Part shown: positions 39,229-53,204 of the stretch, one piece after another | Position numbering within the stretch: position 1 is the first letter of the stretch | Layout: the number at the start of each line of letters is the position of its first letter | NCBI RefSeq assembly: GCF_001194135.2 | Contig: NC_068997.1 | Coordinates: 55,176,875-55,240,874 of the forward strand | DNA length: 64,000 nucleotides | Origin: Octopus bimaculoides | Lineage: Eukaryota | Reading direction: 5' to 3' | The notes under the pieces: generated by a model | The model's database searches: none | What the model saw: the letters and a program-made list of their open reading frames with translations, nothing else | What the model was told of the DNA's origin: nothing | Position numbers and translations under genes: made by a program

Positions 39229-40229
39229 ATATATATGTATATAGGCATTTACACACATATATATACACACATAAATACATACGTACACTCAACACATATG
39301 TATAAACACAAACGTGTGTATATTATTAAGGACTTTTTGTATACTGCTCTCACATATCAAGTATTAATCAATATGGTTCAATTTTTGTTATATTAATGTA
39401 GACTTGTATTGTCATAAACACCAAGTGAAGGCCTTAAGCACCCCGTGTACAAGTGTATATGTTAACTGTGCAAGTTCCTAGAAAAGAGACAACTATATAA
39501 TCACCGACTCTCCAAATATACCATTAAAGTATTACGTTCCTTTGAACTGAGATTTTTCTATAGAAACAGCATAGAATGCTGCCATCAATAGGAAAGAATG
39601 GTTAGGAATAAGTGTCGGAACCACTACTGATGTAGAATACTTGTGTATCTTTCATTAGAAAAAAAAACACATTAGTAGAATATTGCAATCAAAACTTGAT
39701 CTAAACACAAACAGATCCAACAAAGTCATCTGAGAGTAAAAATGGAGAAAGAAAAAAAACCTTTGCTGTCATAGAAATAATTGCTGGCCTGTGGCTATGA
39801 ACATTATATATAAAGTTGGTGGCACGGTTGAAGAAGCTGACAAAGAGGCTATCTATATAGTTGGGTAACTTGCTAGTAATAGGAAACAAAGCTCCCTCAT
39901 CTCATACTTGACCACTCTAATAAAATGGATTCATTGCAGAAGCAAGTCACAGGTATACGAATTGATGGAATGACAATAACAGGAATACCTTTAGAATTGA
40001 CCAACTTATTTAAAGCTAATTTGAGACTTAACAATAACAATGATAACGATGGACATTTATGGACAACCTGAAAGTGGAACAGTAAATATATGCATCAATT
40101 TTCTAAAATTCAGCAAATGATATATCTATGGTTGTTGTCCAAATTCCAATGAGAAAGCCTTATTCTTTTCGACAGACATGGAATCTTGTTTTATAGAAGA
40201 ATAAATAGAGTTAAAAACAGCCCCAGAAC

Positions 40230-40490
40230 ATCATCATTTTAATGCTCACTTTTCTATGCTTAAATGTGTCAGACCAAATTTATTGAGGCAGATTTTCTTT
40301 GGCTGGCTGGATGCTCTTCCTGTTGCTAACACTCACTTGTTTCCCAGCAAGCAAACATTTAAGCTAATCCTATGAATATAAACAGCACAATGACCTGACA
40401 TGTTTTCATAGAACACTGTAAGCAATTGATACCACTTGTTTGACAATGGTATTTGTTTACAATTAGCAAGTGATGTCAAGACAGAGACAC
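40230..40490 (-). mobile_element. LINE-tail-related repeat
   Basis: catcatcattttaatgctcacttttctatgc...ctggatgctcttcctgttgctaacactcac. Confidence 0.55.
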
Positions 40491-40524
40491 AAACACTTAT
40501 TTATATGTGTGTGCTTATGCATGC

Positions 40525-40690
40525 ATGTGTGTGATGGGCTTCTATGAATTTCCATAGACCAAATCCACTCACAAGTTTTGGTTGACTCAGGGGTATAAAG
40601 CTATGGTACAAGACACCTACGGCACCCTGCTGTGGGACTGAACTCAAAACACTTTGGCTGCAAATCAAACTTCTTAACCACACAGCCATG
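40525..40690 (-). mobile_element. Family A SINE, 5' half
   Basis: gatgggcttctatgaatttcc...caaatccactcacaag...gtgggactgaactc...cttcttaaccacacagccat. Confidence 0.8.
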
Positions 40691-42626
40691 TTATGATGTA
40701 AAGAGGATGATTATATTATGTCATTTGTGTTTTTGCATTTTGCTTCATCACCTAATGTAAGAGTCTGCTAAAAATCTCCAAGTCCAAATGCATGAAAAAC
40801 AACTTGAAATAATGGTAAGGCAGTAAGAACCGGTACTAAGCACTTACGCATATCCATCTATGCATTCACATTTCTATGTGCGAGTATATGTTTCAGAAAT
40901 ACATCCAATCAGTAAAGAGAAGATCTCACTTCACGTTAACATGGCAGTTTAATGTTGTTAAGTGTAAATGAAAGAATAGTAAAAGAAACAACTTGAAACC
41001 CTATCCATGATTTGAAAAGTATTTGATCAAACATAGTTTTAGATTTTCTGGCTAACCATTTCGAATGTATCTAAGCAGCTAACATTTAAAGAAAGTATCA
41101 ATGACATTTTTGCTGTATGATGAGTTTGAACAAGATAAATAGCTATTTATTGAGATCTGGCAAATTTCTGACTGGAATTCTGATTGAGATAAAATATTTA
41201 TAGGAAAATGAAATGAATAATAATATATTTCCACTCGTTTTTTTTTTCTTTTTCTTTTTCTCTCTTGGATATTTGGTAACATTCCAAGAGACTATTTAGA
41301 AAATAACACATTTCATAAGTTGGAGAATTCTTATATTCCAGTTTGTTGACCAAAGCAGTCAGTATCAAAGTAATAGGAATATTTTTCAAACATTTCTTTT
41401 TATTTTGCTGATATTTATTTATGAGTTGAGGAAGTGTGTGTGTGTGTGCACTCACACACACACACACACACACATGTATATATATATATATATATATATA
41501 CACATGTATGCATGTGTTTGTGTGAATATATAAGGTTATATATATGTGTGTGTGTATGCATGTATATATATATATTTATATACCCACATACACACACACA
41601 TATACAGAGAGGTAACCAGATTGATATCGATATATGCGTACATAAGTTAAAACAAAGAAAACCGATTGCATCGTAGGTGCTTTTTATATGGAATAGCAAC
41701 TTTTAGCAATCCTACATTAAATGTGAGATAGTTTCTAGAATATTCTACATCGAAATGGATAATCATTTCCGTTTGGCATTTTCTCTACACCATTTTTATC
41801 TTATCACATGCACACACACACACATATTTGTGTGTGGTTTTCTTAGTAAGATGTTGAAAAATTATAGCAGGAGTGTTCTCTTGCATTCAGAGGTTTTTTT
41901 TTTCTATTGGAAATTACATTCTCATTATTGGCCAAAGAAAATTGGCAAAGATAATATGATAATCTCAGAGAATTTCTATAGACTGATCAAACTCTGTGAA
42001 TTGGGGACGTAATTATCTTTCTGAATGTCTACTTTTGTTGTTAGGAACTGTAATAATCCAGTTTTCATGCATCTAGACATTTCTGATTGCAAAAACCATA
42101 GATGGAAGCAGATAAAAGATGTTATAGAAGGAGATTAACAATTAATGAAACATCGGCATCACAAATTTTGGTCTTATTATAGCTCGTGTAAAATCATTGA
42201 ATGGTAGTAATAGACCTGGACAATCCTAAATGGGGAAATACTATTGATTTTTTTTTCCTCTCCCACTAAACCAGTCATATGACTGGAAGCTAATTTTCTA
42301 ATAATTTTAGTTTATTCGTCACATAAAAAGAAATTAAACCAATTAACCTTTTCAGCAAACAGATACTTAATTTTGGTGAGAAAATCAAGATACGAATTAG
42401 AATTTTTGCCACATTTTTATGACACTTAAGTAAAGTAAGGTAGATGCTATTGTCAGATAGTAATTGATGACTGGTTAATCTATGATTAGAGATCAATAAT
42501 TCTTCCAGCATAGTCACAGACTTTCTTTAGTTGGCACTGGTAAGACATTGCAAAAGTCCAAGAACCTTTCAATTGGTGTTAGGTTTATGCTTGCGGTAAA
42601 AAGAACATTTGTTTGATATTAATTAC

Positions 42627-42696
42627 ATTCCCGGTACATTTGTTAAATTAAAGAACGTCGTTATCAGTTCTGTTTGTTTTCCTTTCCACGTGGTTC
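42627..42696 (-). CDS. Candidate 70-nt exon (TTWKGKQTELITTFFNLTNVPG)
   Basis: Acceptor ctttgttttgttgttttcattag|GA, donor GGAAT|gtaatt, phase 1 to 2, with a stop just past the donor. Confidence 0.3.
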
Positions 42697-44164
42697 CTAA
42701 TGAAAACAACAAAACAAAGTGGTTGGTGATGGGGATTGAACTTTTACCTGCTGTATTCAGTGCAATAGTTGTTCACGATAAATGCATTGATTGTTGAATT
42801 TGTAAAATTTCGTTTGCAATAATATCAATAAGACAATTTCTACCGCGACAACTACAATGATTCATAGACATGATTTTCGACATAATTCCACAAACCGAAC
42901 ATTATAAATGTTACTTTAATGAGAGGATAAAACAAAACTTTGAAATTTTTATTTGATGGCTACTAGCTAATGGTTTCTCATATTAATTTTTTTCCTTAGA
43001 AGATTCTGTTCACGCTATAAACAATTTGGTAATTTAGAACCAATATCTTGACCATATAGCAAGAAATGTACTCAATTATAGACATTTTTTCTTTTAGTTT
43101 GGCACATAAGAATAATAGCAGAAAATACTGGCAGCACCAAAAGGAAAATAATAGAAATTTCCATGGGTCAGTATGTCGAGATAAGTTAAGTAATTACTAT
43201 CATTAAAGGATACTAAACTACTACTGTACCAAGTACAAAAAAAAAGAAAAAGAAAGAAAACAACACTAAGAAATCAATGATATTGCAAATTGCTGGGATG
43301 AAAGAAGAAATTGCCAAATGCTAGAAGATTGATTGTAGTTCAATTGCAAATGATTAGAAATAAAATGTTGTAAAAACATGAAAGGAAAAAGAAACGAAAG
43401 AAAACGAGAGATGAGATATATTTACTGTTTCCAAGATGATTGTTAAGAGATAAGAATGAGCAACTAAGTTTAAAAAGTTGAAAAAAAAAAAGAAAAAAGA
43501 AAGAAAACAACATGAAAGGAATAATCAGTGAAGAGGCTGAAATAGAAATTATTGATTATATCCTGACTATCTATAAAGTAGAGTTCACACAAAATAATCA
43601 GGTTCTAATATTCTTTTTATATTTATGCACAAGGTTATTGTAGCTATATAATATAAGTTGTTCTGATCTATCAAAGTTGTTGCTTCTTAGTATCCCAGCT
43701 GTGCAAAAATCTGTCAAGTGACCTGTGCCCTGAACACTAACAGAATGTAGAAATACATCTCAAAGGAATACATAACCCAAAACAGGCCCTTGTTCACCCT
43801 AAAACACTGAATATTTATTGAAAAGGGTTTTAAAAAAAGGGCGGTAAAAAAAAAAGAAAAAAGGAAGGAAAACTGATTTTCTCAAGAAATGGGATTTCAT
43901 TTGGAAATGTTGAAAATAAAATAAGTTCCATTTCCAATTTAAATGTTTCATGTGAAATTGGTAAAAAGCCAAAGAAAATACAATACATACCAAACTGGAG
44001 TTTACTGAAGTAACTGCTAATGTCATCTCCACAGATTATTGGGAAAAGTTATAAGTGGGGAAAATGTCTGTACGGAGATGTTTTGGGGAGAGTTAGTTGT
44101 ACAGGAACTACAAAAAAGAAAGAAAAATACAATGATGTGCAATATAAAGTGTATGAGATACATT

Positions 44165-44400
44165 TATTATTATGTTTATTATTATTCATATACACTCAAC
44201 AGATTAAACTGTTGGAAAAGAAAGGAATCCTAACACTGGGTTACAATAAATAGTCTTAGATGCCAAGAGCCCTTGTAAGTATCCTAGCTGTCCCTAATAA
44301 CACTGTTTTCTATAGCTGTACTAAACTGGGTTTTATACCTATTTCCTTTATGCATCTGTTCAAATCTTTAGGAAAAGTTCCCAATGCACCTATTACTATT
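44165..44400 (-). mobile_element. R4/Dong-type LINE 3' end (ORF C-terminus plus 3' UTR), bounded by (AAT)n
   Basis: 44399-44256 reads IVIGALGTFPKDLNRCIKEIGIKPSLVQL*KTVLLGTARILTRALGI*, matching the IVIGALG...LLGTARIL C-terminus of RLE-clade LINE ORFs. Confidence 0.85.
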
Positions 44401-44824
44401 ATTATTATTATTAATATATTAGAAATTTGGCTTCTTGACATGGATTTCCCTTGTAAACATTTGCTAAGGAGTCACATTTTGAAATAGTCTTCTATGCTGG
44501 TATACACCACTTTTACAGTATAAAGTTTGCTTAACAGAATATTTTATATGTTCTGTTTCCTCTAAGTGATAGTAAGTTTTATCCATCTACTAAAATCTAA
44601 ATATCATAAAAACTTTTATTTTGACTTTTGTCTCGTATAAATTTTAAGTACATCTATTATGGTATTTTAAGCACCTACAAAATAGTGTTTCGATGCAAGA
44701 GAGAAAAATGGAAGACTGAAAACAACAACTTTCTATATCAGAAGATATGCTGAAATGTAAAACTAAATTCAGTGAAAATCTGATGAATTTCCAAAACTGA
44801 ATGTTTATCTAAAAATACAAAGTG

Positions 44825-44859
<35 letters not shown>

Positions 44860-45699
44860 AAAAAAAAACTGGAAATAGATTTCGGAGAGTGATGGAGTAT
44901 CTTTTGTTATACATGAACAGGTGGGAATGGATGAATAGCTGGAAAGAAGTGAAGAAACTTGGGAAGAATAAAAGCAACTGATCAGAGTAAATGAAACTGT
45001 GAAGAGGTGTCAATATGTTGATCCAGCTTGCCTATACCAATGCTAAGGAGACAAAATATACATGAATAAGATAATGGGACAGACACTGCTTACTAATCTA
45101 TAATTTTGATGGACTTAATATTGAACAAAATATTGGAAATAACAGATCAATTGAGTTGTCACCTAGTGACATAAGTTAATAATTTGCAAAGGTGACCTTG
45201 ATGGGAACAAAACAGACTTTTTGGTTATATTCTGAGAAGCACTGAAAAGAAAAAAAAAACCCAAAAAAACCATTGTTTTCTTTCAATTTCTAAGTTGGCA
45301 ACTTAATAAAGTTTCGAGGAAAAGAAGCTTAGAATCAGGAAATGGAAATTATTATCTTAATCGCGAAAAGAAAATTGCACCATATGTGGTTATATTGATT
45401 CTCAATGTGAAAATTAAAACTGTTTTAAAAATAGTTTTTCTTGCATGAGAGTAAAAGAAGATTACTATATTTTCTTCCTTAGAGATTTCCCAATATGAGC
45501 CAGCGTTCTCTTGTGTCACCTTTTGTGTGGCAAACTTAGAAATTTAGTTAGTCTTTACATCATTCAAGGTCATATGATGGCATTGAGAGGTCAAAGACAC
45601 AGCATTAATGGATAAACATATTGAAACATTAACGTGTTTGCTATGAAATGGCACAACATTAATTACATAGATACATGCTAATTTTACAAATTACATGTT

Positions 45700-45890
45700 G
45701 GACCCTCTGTGTGTTACTTTGATTTGCTAGAAATAATAACTAAAGTCTATTACTTCATATCCTGCCTTTAAAAAATGAAAGAAGTTCATTGAATACTATG
45801 ATCTTGGGTTAAAAACATGTTGAAATGGTCATGGCTGGAATGTTTTTGATCATTAATTTGTTGATCAAGGCTAACCAGGAGTTAAAAAAA
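45700..45890 (-). mobile_element. Dispersed repeat (family D)
   Basis: gatttgctagaaata...atggtcatggctggaatg...tgatcaaggctaaccagg is the reverse complement of the 8901-9030 type. Confidence 0.5.
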
Positions 45891-47182
45891 CATACAAATT
45901 ACATATATAGGAGTCAACTAACTTTTGTGTTGACATAGACAGTTACCTTTACATGAACGTAGATTCTGAAAACATCTCACATGATAGACTACACTCACAC
46001 ACACACACACACACACAATCTAGCAAGCATGTGAATGTCAATGCTTTGCTGAAGAGGTTTAATGAGGCTGAATCATGTCTGAAATTGTCACTGAAGAGAT
46101 GGAAATAACATGTAGGGTATTGTGACCTCTTGGCAGAAACGACCATAAGAAACTGTTCTTTTTCTATTCTATGAATTACTGGTATGTATGTATGTAATAT
46201 ACAGTCTTTACATATGTATATACTCTCATAAATGTTTTAGAATGAATAAATAGACATAATGTAATGTCTAACAGTTGATGAATACTATTTCTGTATCCCC
46301 ACTCCCTTNNNNNNNNNNNNNNNNNNNNNNNNNNNNNNNNNNNNNNNNNNNNNNNNNNNNNNNNNNNNNNNNNNNNNNNNNNNNNNNNNNNNNNNNNNNN
46401 NNNNNNNNNNNNNNNNNNNNNNNNNNNNNNNNNNNNNNNNNNNNNNNNNNNNNNNNNNNNNNNNNNNNNNNNNNNNNNNNNNNNNNNNNNNNNNNNNNNN
46501 NNNNNNNNNNNNNNNNNNNNNNNNNNNNNNNNNNNNNNNNNNNNNNNNNNNNNNNNNNNNNNNNNNNNNNNNNNNNNNNNNNNNNNNNNNNNNNNNNNNN
46601 NNNNNNNNNNNNNNNNNNNNNNNNNNNNNNNNNNNNNNNNNNNNNNNNNNNNNNNNNNNNNNNNNNNNNNNNNNNNNNNNNNNNNNNNNNNNNNNNNNNN
46701 NNNNNNNNNNNNNNNNNNNNNNNNNNNNNNNNNNNNNNNNNNNNNNNNNNNNNNNNNNNNNNNNNNNNNNNNNNNNNNNNNNNNNNNNNNNNNNNNNNNN
46801 NNNNNNNNNNNNNNNNNNNNNNNNNNNNNNNNNNNNNNNNNNNNNNTATATATATATGTATGTATGTATGTATTTATGTGTGTGTATATATACGTATGTA
46901 TATGTATGTATGTATGTATGTATGGGTGGGTGAGCAATAGAATTACACGGTAAACAAATCAGCTAAATGGTAAACATGAAATGCTATAGAAATGTGTGTA
47001 AAGATATAGTTACATGGTAACAGAATTCTTGTCCGAAATTGTGTTTAGAGGAAATTTATTCTTCCACACCCCCGTGTTTTTTTTGTTTTTGTTTTTTTTT
47101 TGTCTGTTAACTTGTTACTAAATATTTAGTTTATATCGGTGCTAGTTTTTCCAATATGCACACACACACACACACACCACAT

Positions 47183-47340
47183 TTGTCACCGAGCAAAATT
47201 AGAGAGCTAATTTCACTTCATGAGGAAGGCTTATCATAAAAGAGCATCAAAAAAGAATTTGAAAGAAACAAAATTAGACATTTCATTAAGCCTGTACACA
47301 GAAGAGTCCATCAATATGAAGATGATCAGCAGCCAATAAA
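47183..47340 (+). pseudogene. Decayed Tc1-like transposase N-terminal HTH
   Basis: LSPSKIRELISLHEEGLS*KSIKKEF... resembles the Tc1 pattern (I..LH.EG.S...I). Contains an in-frame stop. Confidence 0.4.
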
Positions 47341-47834
47341 ATGCACTGCAGCAGAATAAAAAGGCTCTGTGTTCTTGAGATAAGGGGAAGTTGTCATAGG
47401 GAACAAACCATCACTCTTTTTATTATGGGAGAATTTCACTACAACTGATGAGAAAAATCTATTTAGAAACACCATGAAAATGACTCAACAGCTGCTATTC
47501 CCTAAATAAGAAATATTGTTAGTTAAAAGAAAAAAAAAAACAAAAATACAAAAAAAAAAAAAAAAAAGAAACATTGATTATCAAAGTTCACTGAAGAATA
47601 TTCACGTATTCTATAGTTCTTTAATTTAAATGCCAAATTGACAATAAAATTTCAAAAACTAAGAACAGTGTTTGCAGACAAAAATTTAGAATTTCAAAGT
47701 TACTGGGGTTTTTTCTGAGAAGAAACACAAACTCATGCATGCATGCATGCATACATACATACATACATATGCATGTGTTTGTGTGTACTTGTATAAAATC
47801 ACTGATTCACATATATATGTGCCTGTATGACAAA

Positions 47835-48030
47835 CTGTAAATGTGTTAAGAGCAAAATTGAGTATAAGAGGCATCAGATGTAGTGTGCTAGAGAAACAAC
47901 TGCACTGGTATGGTCATGTCATGCATATGGATGAAGACAGCTGTACAAAGATGTGCTGATCTTGAAACGTGGAAGAGGAAGACCCATGAAGAGATGGGAT
48001 GTGGTGGTGAGAAATGATTGTCAAATGTTG
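47835..48030 (+). mobile_element. RTE-like LINE ORF C-terminal remnant
   Basis: LRAKLSIRGIRCSVLEKQLHWYGHVMHMDEDSC, then after a frameshift RGRGRPMKRWDVVVRND. These are the typical W(F/Y)GHV.RM and RGRP..W motifs. Confidence 0.85.
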
Positions 48031-48084
48031 AAGAGGAGATGACAACAGCGCACACAAATACTCACATACAGACACACATATATA

Positions 48085-48240
48085 CTGGGCTTTTTATTTC
48101 CATTCCCATCTACCAAATCTACTCACAAGGCTTTGATTGGTCAGTGGCTGTAGTAGAAAAGGCTTGCCCAACGTGCAATTCAAAGGGGCTGAACCCAAAA
48201 TTATATAATTGAGAAGCAAACTCCTTCACAACATGGCCAC
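48085..48240 (-). mobile_element. Family A SINE, 5' half
   Basis: ctaccaaatctactcacaaggc...gctgtagtagaaaaggcttgccc...gctgaaccc...agaagcaaactcc. Confidence 0.7.
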
Positions 48241-48290
48241 ACATACATACATACATACATACATGCGTACGTACATACATTCATAAATAT

Positions 48291-48668
48291 CTTTTATCTT
48301 TTGCTTGTTTTAGTCATTAGACTGTGGCCATGCAGGAGCACTGCCTTGAAGAATTTTAGTCTAACAAATCTATCCCAGTATTTATTCTTTTCTCAAGCCA
48401 GGCACTTATTCTGTCAGTCTCTTCTCACAAACCACTAAGTTACAGGAAGATAAACATATCAATATAGGTTGTAAAATGGCATTGGAGACACAAACACACA
48501 CACGATGAGCTTCTTTCAGTTTCCATCTTCAAAATCCTCTCACAGAGGCTTTGGTCAATCTGACACTATAGTAGATGACACTTGTCCAAGGTGCCATGCA
48601 ATAGGACTGAACCTGGTACCATGTGGTTGGGAAGCAAACTTCTTACCTCACAGTCACACCTGTGCCTA
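48291..48668 (-). mobile_element. Family A SINE, full length
   Basis: gttttagtcattagactgtggccatgcaggagcactgcc...gacacttgtccaaggtgccatgcaataggactgaacc...ggttgggaagcaaacttcttacc. Confidence 0.85.
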
Positions 48669-48683
48669 TATACATACATATTA

Positions 48684-48822
48684 ATTCCGCTGAGGTCAAC
48701 TTTGCCTCTCCCCCTTTCGGGGTCAATAAATTAAGTACCAGTTGCATACTGGGGTTGATCTAATCGACTGCCCCCCCCACTCCACAAAAATTTTGGGCCT
48801 TGTGCCTAGAGTAGAAAAGAAT
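48684..48822 (+). mobile_element. 5'-truncated family B SINE with TSD
   Basis: Starts at attccgctgaggtcaac and ends gtagaaaagaat. catacatatta lies at 48673-48683 and 48828-48838. Confidence 0.85.
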
Positions 48823-49375
48823 ATATCCATACATATTATATATACATACATATTATATATACATGTATGTGCAATTGTATAAGAGCAAATAGAAAAACTA
48901 TGTCAACTTGTCAGCAAGATTATAAAACATAATCTACAATCCATCTTTAATATACAGCTAGGTTTAAGGTAATACCAAATAAGCCTGCTTTCCGTTTGTA
49001 TTAGTTAGTTTCTCTTGGGTAAGTTTGACACTTCTACAGCGTTTATAGTTTACCCTATTCTAATAACCTTCTTTATAACAATTTTTCTTATTCTGAATGA
49101 ATTTTATTATGCACATTGTTTCCTTTCATGACATATTAAGGTAGTTATACCTGTGATTCGGAGCCAGAATAGTAGGGATTTATTTTTATTTATGTGTTTC
49201 TAGAAAGAATGGTAAGTTAATAGTGAAATATTGGCAAAGAGCCGGAGTTTTGTGAACACTGCTTTAGTAGTTCATTAGATTCTATTAAAGCAGTCATACC
49301 AGCAGAATTCATCAGATATTACTGTTATATAAAACCCACCCTATTTCTGGAAAGAAAGCAATGAAAGAGAATTAC

Positions 49376-49422
49376 TTAGGTCCCTCTTTGTTACAACCAA
49401 ATACTTCGTTTCTCTTTTCTGC
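49376..49422 (-). CDS. Weak candidate 47-nt exon
   Basis: catttttatacag|GCAG...CCTAA|gtaatt. Two open frames (AEKRNEVFGCNKEGP, QKRETKYLVVTKRDL). Confidence 0.2.
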
Positions 49423-51340
49423 CTGTATAAAAATGCTGACGCATAAATGCAAATGCACTGATATATATTTATAGCTGTTTTTATTAGTAGAGTAGCAATG
49501 GTTTTTTGTTTTTGTTTTTACTTTTCTAATCTTACATAGGAATTACCAGAATTGATAACGACAGCAATATTTTTCTGAATCATCAATGACACTTTTTCAT
49601 TTCGCTCTACTTATGCAAACCAGCGATAGATTTGCAATCCAAAACCAATGGCAAAGAAGCCAACAAACACATGCTTCATACAGGTCTTTGGATTCACTGA
49701 GTGTACATAGATATACAGTATACATACATACATTCATATATATATATATATATATACATGGCATCAGGAGGAATCCATACAACTTTTATAGAACATTTAT
49801 ATTTCCAAATTCAATAGGAATTTAGAAAGGAAGCTCAATTAGTGTTCTGCTTCCAGAAGCTACCATTATTGACAATATTGATGGACCATACAGAATATCA
49901 TGAATAGTGGCAGATAATACTGCACAAGCGAAAACTGATGCAAGACAAAAGAATTAATTTGAAAAGAAAAAAAAAAGAAACACACAAGGTAGAATGCCTT
50001 TGGTATTAACTAGCTTACATGCAATCGTATATTTGACAATACAAGCTTAGCCAATGTTGTCTATTGTTTCAACACCAAAAAATATGGAAAATCAAATAAG
50101 ATGAGTACGGCAAAGAGCATGAAGAAGTGATGCACAACATCTCTGTTTTCAGTTAAACTTCATAAAATTTTTAGTGAACCTAAACACTGAATATTTGTGT
50201 GAGGATGACTTTAGTTTGTGTATGTGCATACATTCAGCGATATATGTCTGTATGTAGTTAAAATTAAAATTATATTTGGGTATAAAACTTGCAGGATGCT
50301 TTGTGAAGCTCGTTCATAGTTATTGGCTACCAGATATCACGATCAGTAGTGATGCATATGCTACTGGAATCACTTCAGAAATTCTTTGGTGTTTGTGGAG
50401 TTTGTATAAAAACTATGAAGCAAGAGATACAGACTTCCCTAATCTGTGCCAACCTAGAAAAGTGGACAAAAATGTTTGGTGTGTGCGTGTGTTACTATCT
50501 TGCTGGATTCTGTAACTGGGATGCAGTCTTGTAGAATTACTGCTTTGACAGTTTTTTTTCTATTGTATTGCTTCATTCTAACGTTTATTTCATCAATTTC
50601 TGTTTGTTGCACTGTTAAGTGACAGTACCACTCACTCACTAAGTGAAAATATATGATCACTTTAAGACAAAAGGAATTTGTATCATGGAATGTAAGATAG
50701 ATTCATATAGGTTGGAAGAATGGTAAAATATTAATCCTATTAAACTCACCCAGCAATTCAAACACCCAGTATAAAATGAGGTTTTTAAAAAGAGAGAAAT
50801 ACGTAAGGTATGAGCAGTAATCTTATTTTTGTAATATACTAACTTTATTTTTACATTCATTCATATTTTTTCCCTCTTATGAGTTTATCAAATTTACAAT
50901 ACAAGAAATTAACCATTCTTCCTTTGAAATCTTTCTTTATGTGAGACTCAACAGAAGTAGATCAGATTTTGCTATTCCTTTCGCTGTTATTACCTGTTTT
51001 TATTAATTAATTTGTTTATTTATTTATTACTTATTTGTTTCTTTTTTTCCTTTATTTATTCAACCATTATTTATCTATACAGTCAGTACAAAACCATTTT
51101 TTTTCCCACTCACCATTCTCCGCAAACATCTTTTCGATGTTACTTGCATTCTACTAAAGGTTACTTGCATTCTACTAAAATATTCCATGGAAGTGTAATA
51201 AAACATCCATTATTTATGAGATTAAACAAATCAAGTATTTTATAAGAGGTTTTGAAATCCTGTCTCAAGGACCATAAAATCAACCTAGCGAAATGAAACG
51301 AAGACTGTTTTCTTTGTCTTTTAGTCACTTTAAAATTTAC

Positions 51341-51384
51341 CATTCTCTTCGCTCCATCTTTCATCCACCATTAAACTATGGCAG
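51341..51384 (-). CDS. Candidate 44-nt exon (CHSLMVDERWSEEN)
   Basis: atttatttattttgtgcag|C...GAGAATG|gtaaat. Only the phase 2 to 1 frame is open. Confidence 0.25.
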
Positions 51385-51732
51385 CTGCACAAAATAAATA
51401 AATTATTTGAAAAATAAATTTGAAAACTATTTCTCAATGTGTCTAATAAGGACATTCTAAATTTGCCCTTTAAATGATGTTGACAAATGATAAAGATCTT
51501 GGACAAGATTGCCACCCTGACCTCCAGTGTTATCTCTAGCCATATCAGCTATAAATAGTTACCATTTTCTCAACGCTGCCTTATCTTTGCAGAGATTCTT
51601 CCTGCTAATCAAACTCTCTCATTTGGTACCTGTTATCAGATATGAATTATCCTATAAACTGACTGAGAGGTCATCTAAAGTCCAAAATTAATAGGAATTT
51701 ATTTTAATTGCATATGTGTGTGTGTGTGTGTT

Positions 51733-51771
<39 letters not shown>

Positions 51772-52232
51772 NNNNNNNNNNNNNNNNNNNNNNNNNNNNN
51801 NNNNNNNNNNNNNNNNNNNNNNNNNNNNNNNNNNNNNNNNNNNNNNNNNNNNNNNNNNNNNNNNNNNNNNNNNNNNNNNNNNNNNNNNNNNNNNNNNNNN
51901 NNNNNNNNNNNNNNNNNNNNNNNNNNNNNNNNNNNNNNNNNNNNNNNNNNNNNNNNNNNNNNNNNNNNNNNNNNNNNNNNNNNNNNNNNNNNNNNNNNNN
52001 NNNNNNNNNNNNNNNNNNNNNNNNNNNNNNNNNNNNNNNNNNNNNNNNNATAAATTATGAATCATTATCAGTTTCTTCATCATCACTTTCATAATTTTGA
52101 TGGCTACTATTCTTTGCTAGCATGGGTTAGATGATTTTCATTGTCACAGATTTTCTAGAGTCAGATACTCACTCTGTCACCAACATTCACCTGTTTCTGA
52201 GCAAGGTTAAATTTTTTTACATACATACATAA

Positions 52233-52281
<49 letters not shown>

Positions 52282-52344
52282 CATATATACATATATATAC
52301 ATATATACATATATATATACATATATATAGATATATATTATAGT

Positions 52345-52512
52345 CAATTACATTGATCCCTGATGCTCAACTGATGCTTATTTCACTGACCCCCAAAAGA
52401 ATGAAAAGTAAAGTCAACCTTGACGGAATTTGAACTCAGAATGTCAAGACAAACAAAATGCTGCAGAGCATTTTGTCTTGTGTGCTAACAACTCTGCCAG
52501 CTCATCACCTTT
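52345..52512 (-). mobile_element. Family B SINE with (AAT)n beyond its head
   Basis: ttgatccctg...gacccccaaaagaatgaaaagtaaagtcaacc...gaatttgaactcagaatg...ctctgccagctcatcacctt. Confidence 0.8.
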
Positions 52513-52779
52513 AATAATAACAATAATAATAATATTAAAAATAATAAAAATGTTCTGTGTAGTTCTGACTGAAAACTAAATTTAGTGAATGAAGCCACAC
52601 AAATTCAAATATTAGGATTAATTATTAATCTCTTATTTTATGAGAAAGATTTGAAACTCTACAGAAGAGGCAACACCCATCCGGAGAATATAGATTTAAC
52701 AATGATATCAACATGAGTGTAAGATTAAAGAAATATGTAACAAGAGGCAAAATACAAATACAAAAAAAAAAGTCTAAAA

Positions 52780-53130
52780 CGAATTACTGATTTTGAATTT
52801 GAGTGTGAAAACTGAGAATTAAGAAAAGACCACCCATGCAGATACTTAGAGACAGATGAAACTGATACGACACAACTTAAAGAAATGAAGAAGAACATTA
52901 GAAAAGTGTACTGCAGAGGATCAAACAGATGTTTAGCACTAAAATCAATGTTACAAACAAGATTATAGGGATAAATACACAAGCCCTTTCAATGATAAAC
53001 TGAAAATCAAGTCAACTGGGGAACCTAGATAAGCTAACTATTTACTGCATTCTAATCCCGCCATTCTTAAGCTGATAGAAATAGCATAGAGTCTCCACGT
53101 GCGACAGGAGCTTGGATTAATGGAAAACCA
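52780..53130 (+). mobile_element. R4/Dong-type LINE fragment (late RT and thumb region)
   Basis: CRYLETDETDTTQLKEMKKNIRKVYC, then after a frameshift RIKQMFSTKINVTNKIIGINTQAL. Matches the YKYLG...EMK.KI.KEY..R..NKI.AINT pattern. Confidence 0.7.
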
Positions 53131-53204
53131 TTAGAAAGGCACACAACATTGCTGATGCAATGAAATATCTTGAAGAGCAGAAAGGTACTTTGCTTTGATA
53201 TATA

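Noticed and set aside
39400-40200. Patchy plus-strand peptides (MDSLQKQVTGIRIDGMTITG...)
   Set aside because: Frequent stops and no diagnostic RT or transposase motif. Possibly an old element, but I cannot support it.
42530-42550. VGTGKT, a Walker A-like string
   Set aside because: No first glycine of GxxGxGKT, and stops lie nearby in frame.
43798-50195. Shared cctaaa(a)cactgaatattt at ~43798 and ~50178
   Set aside because: Only about 18 nt, AT-rich, and the flanks do not extend.
50330-50455. Strong minus acceptor catttttgtccacttttctag|G
   Set aside because: All frames stop before any good donor.
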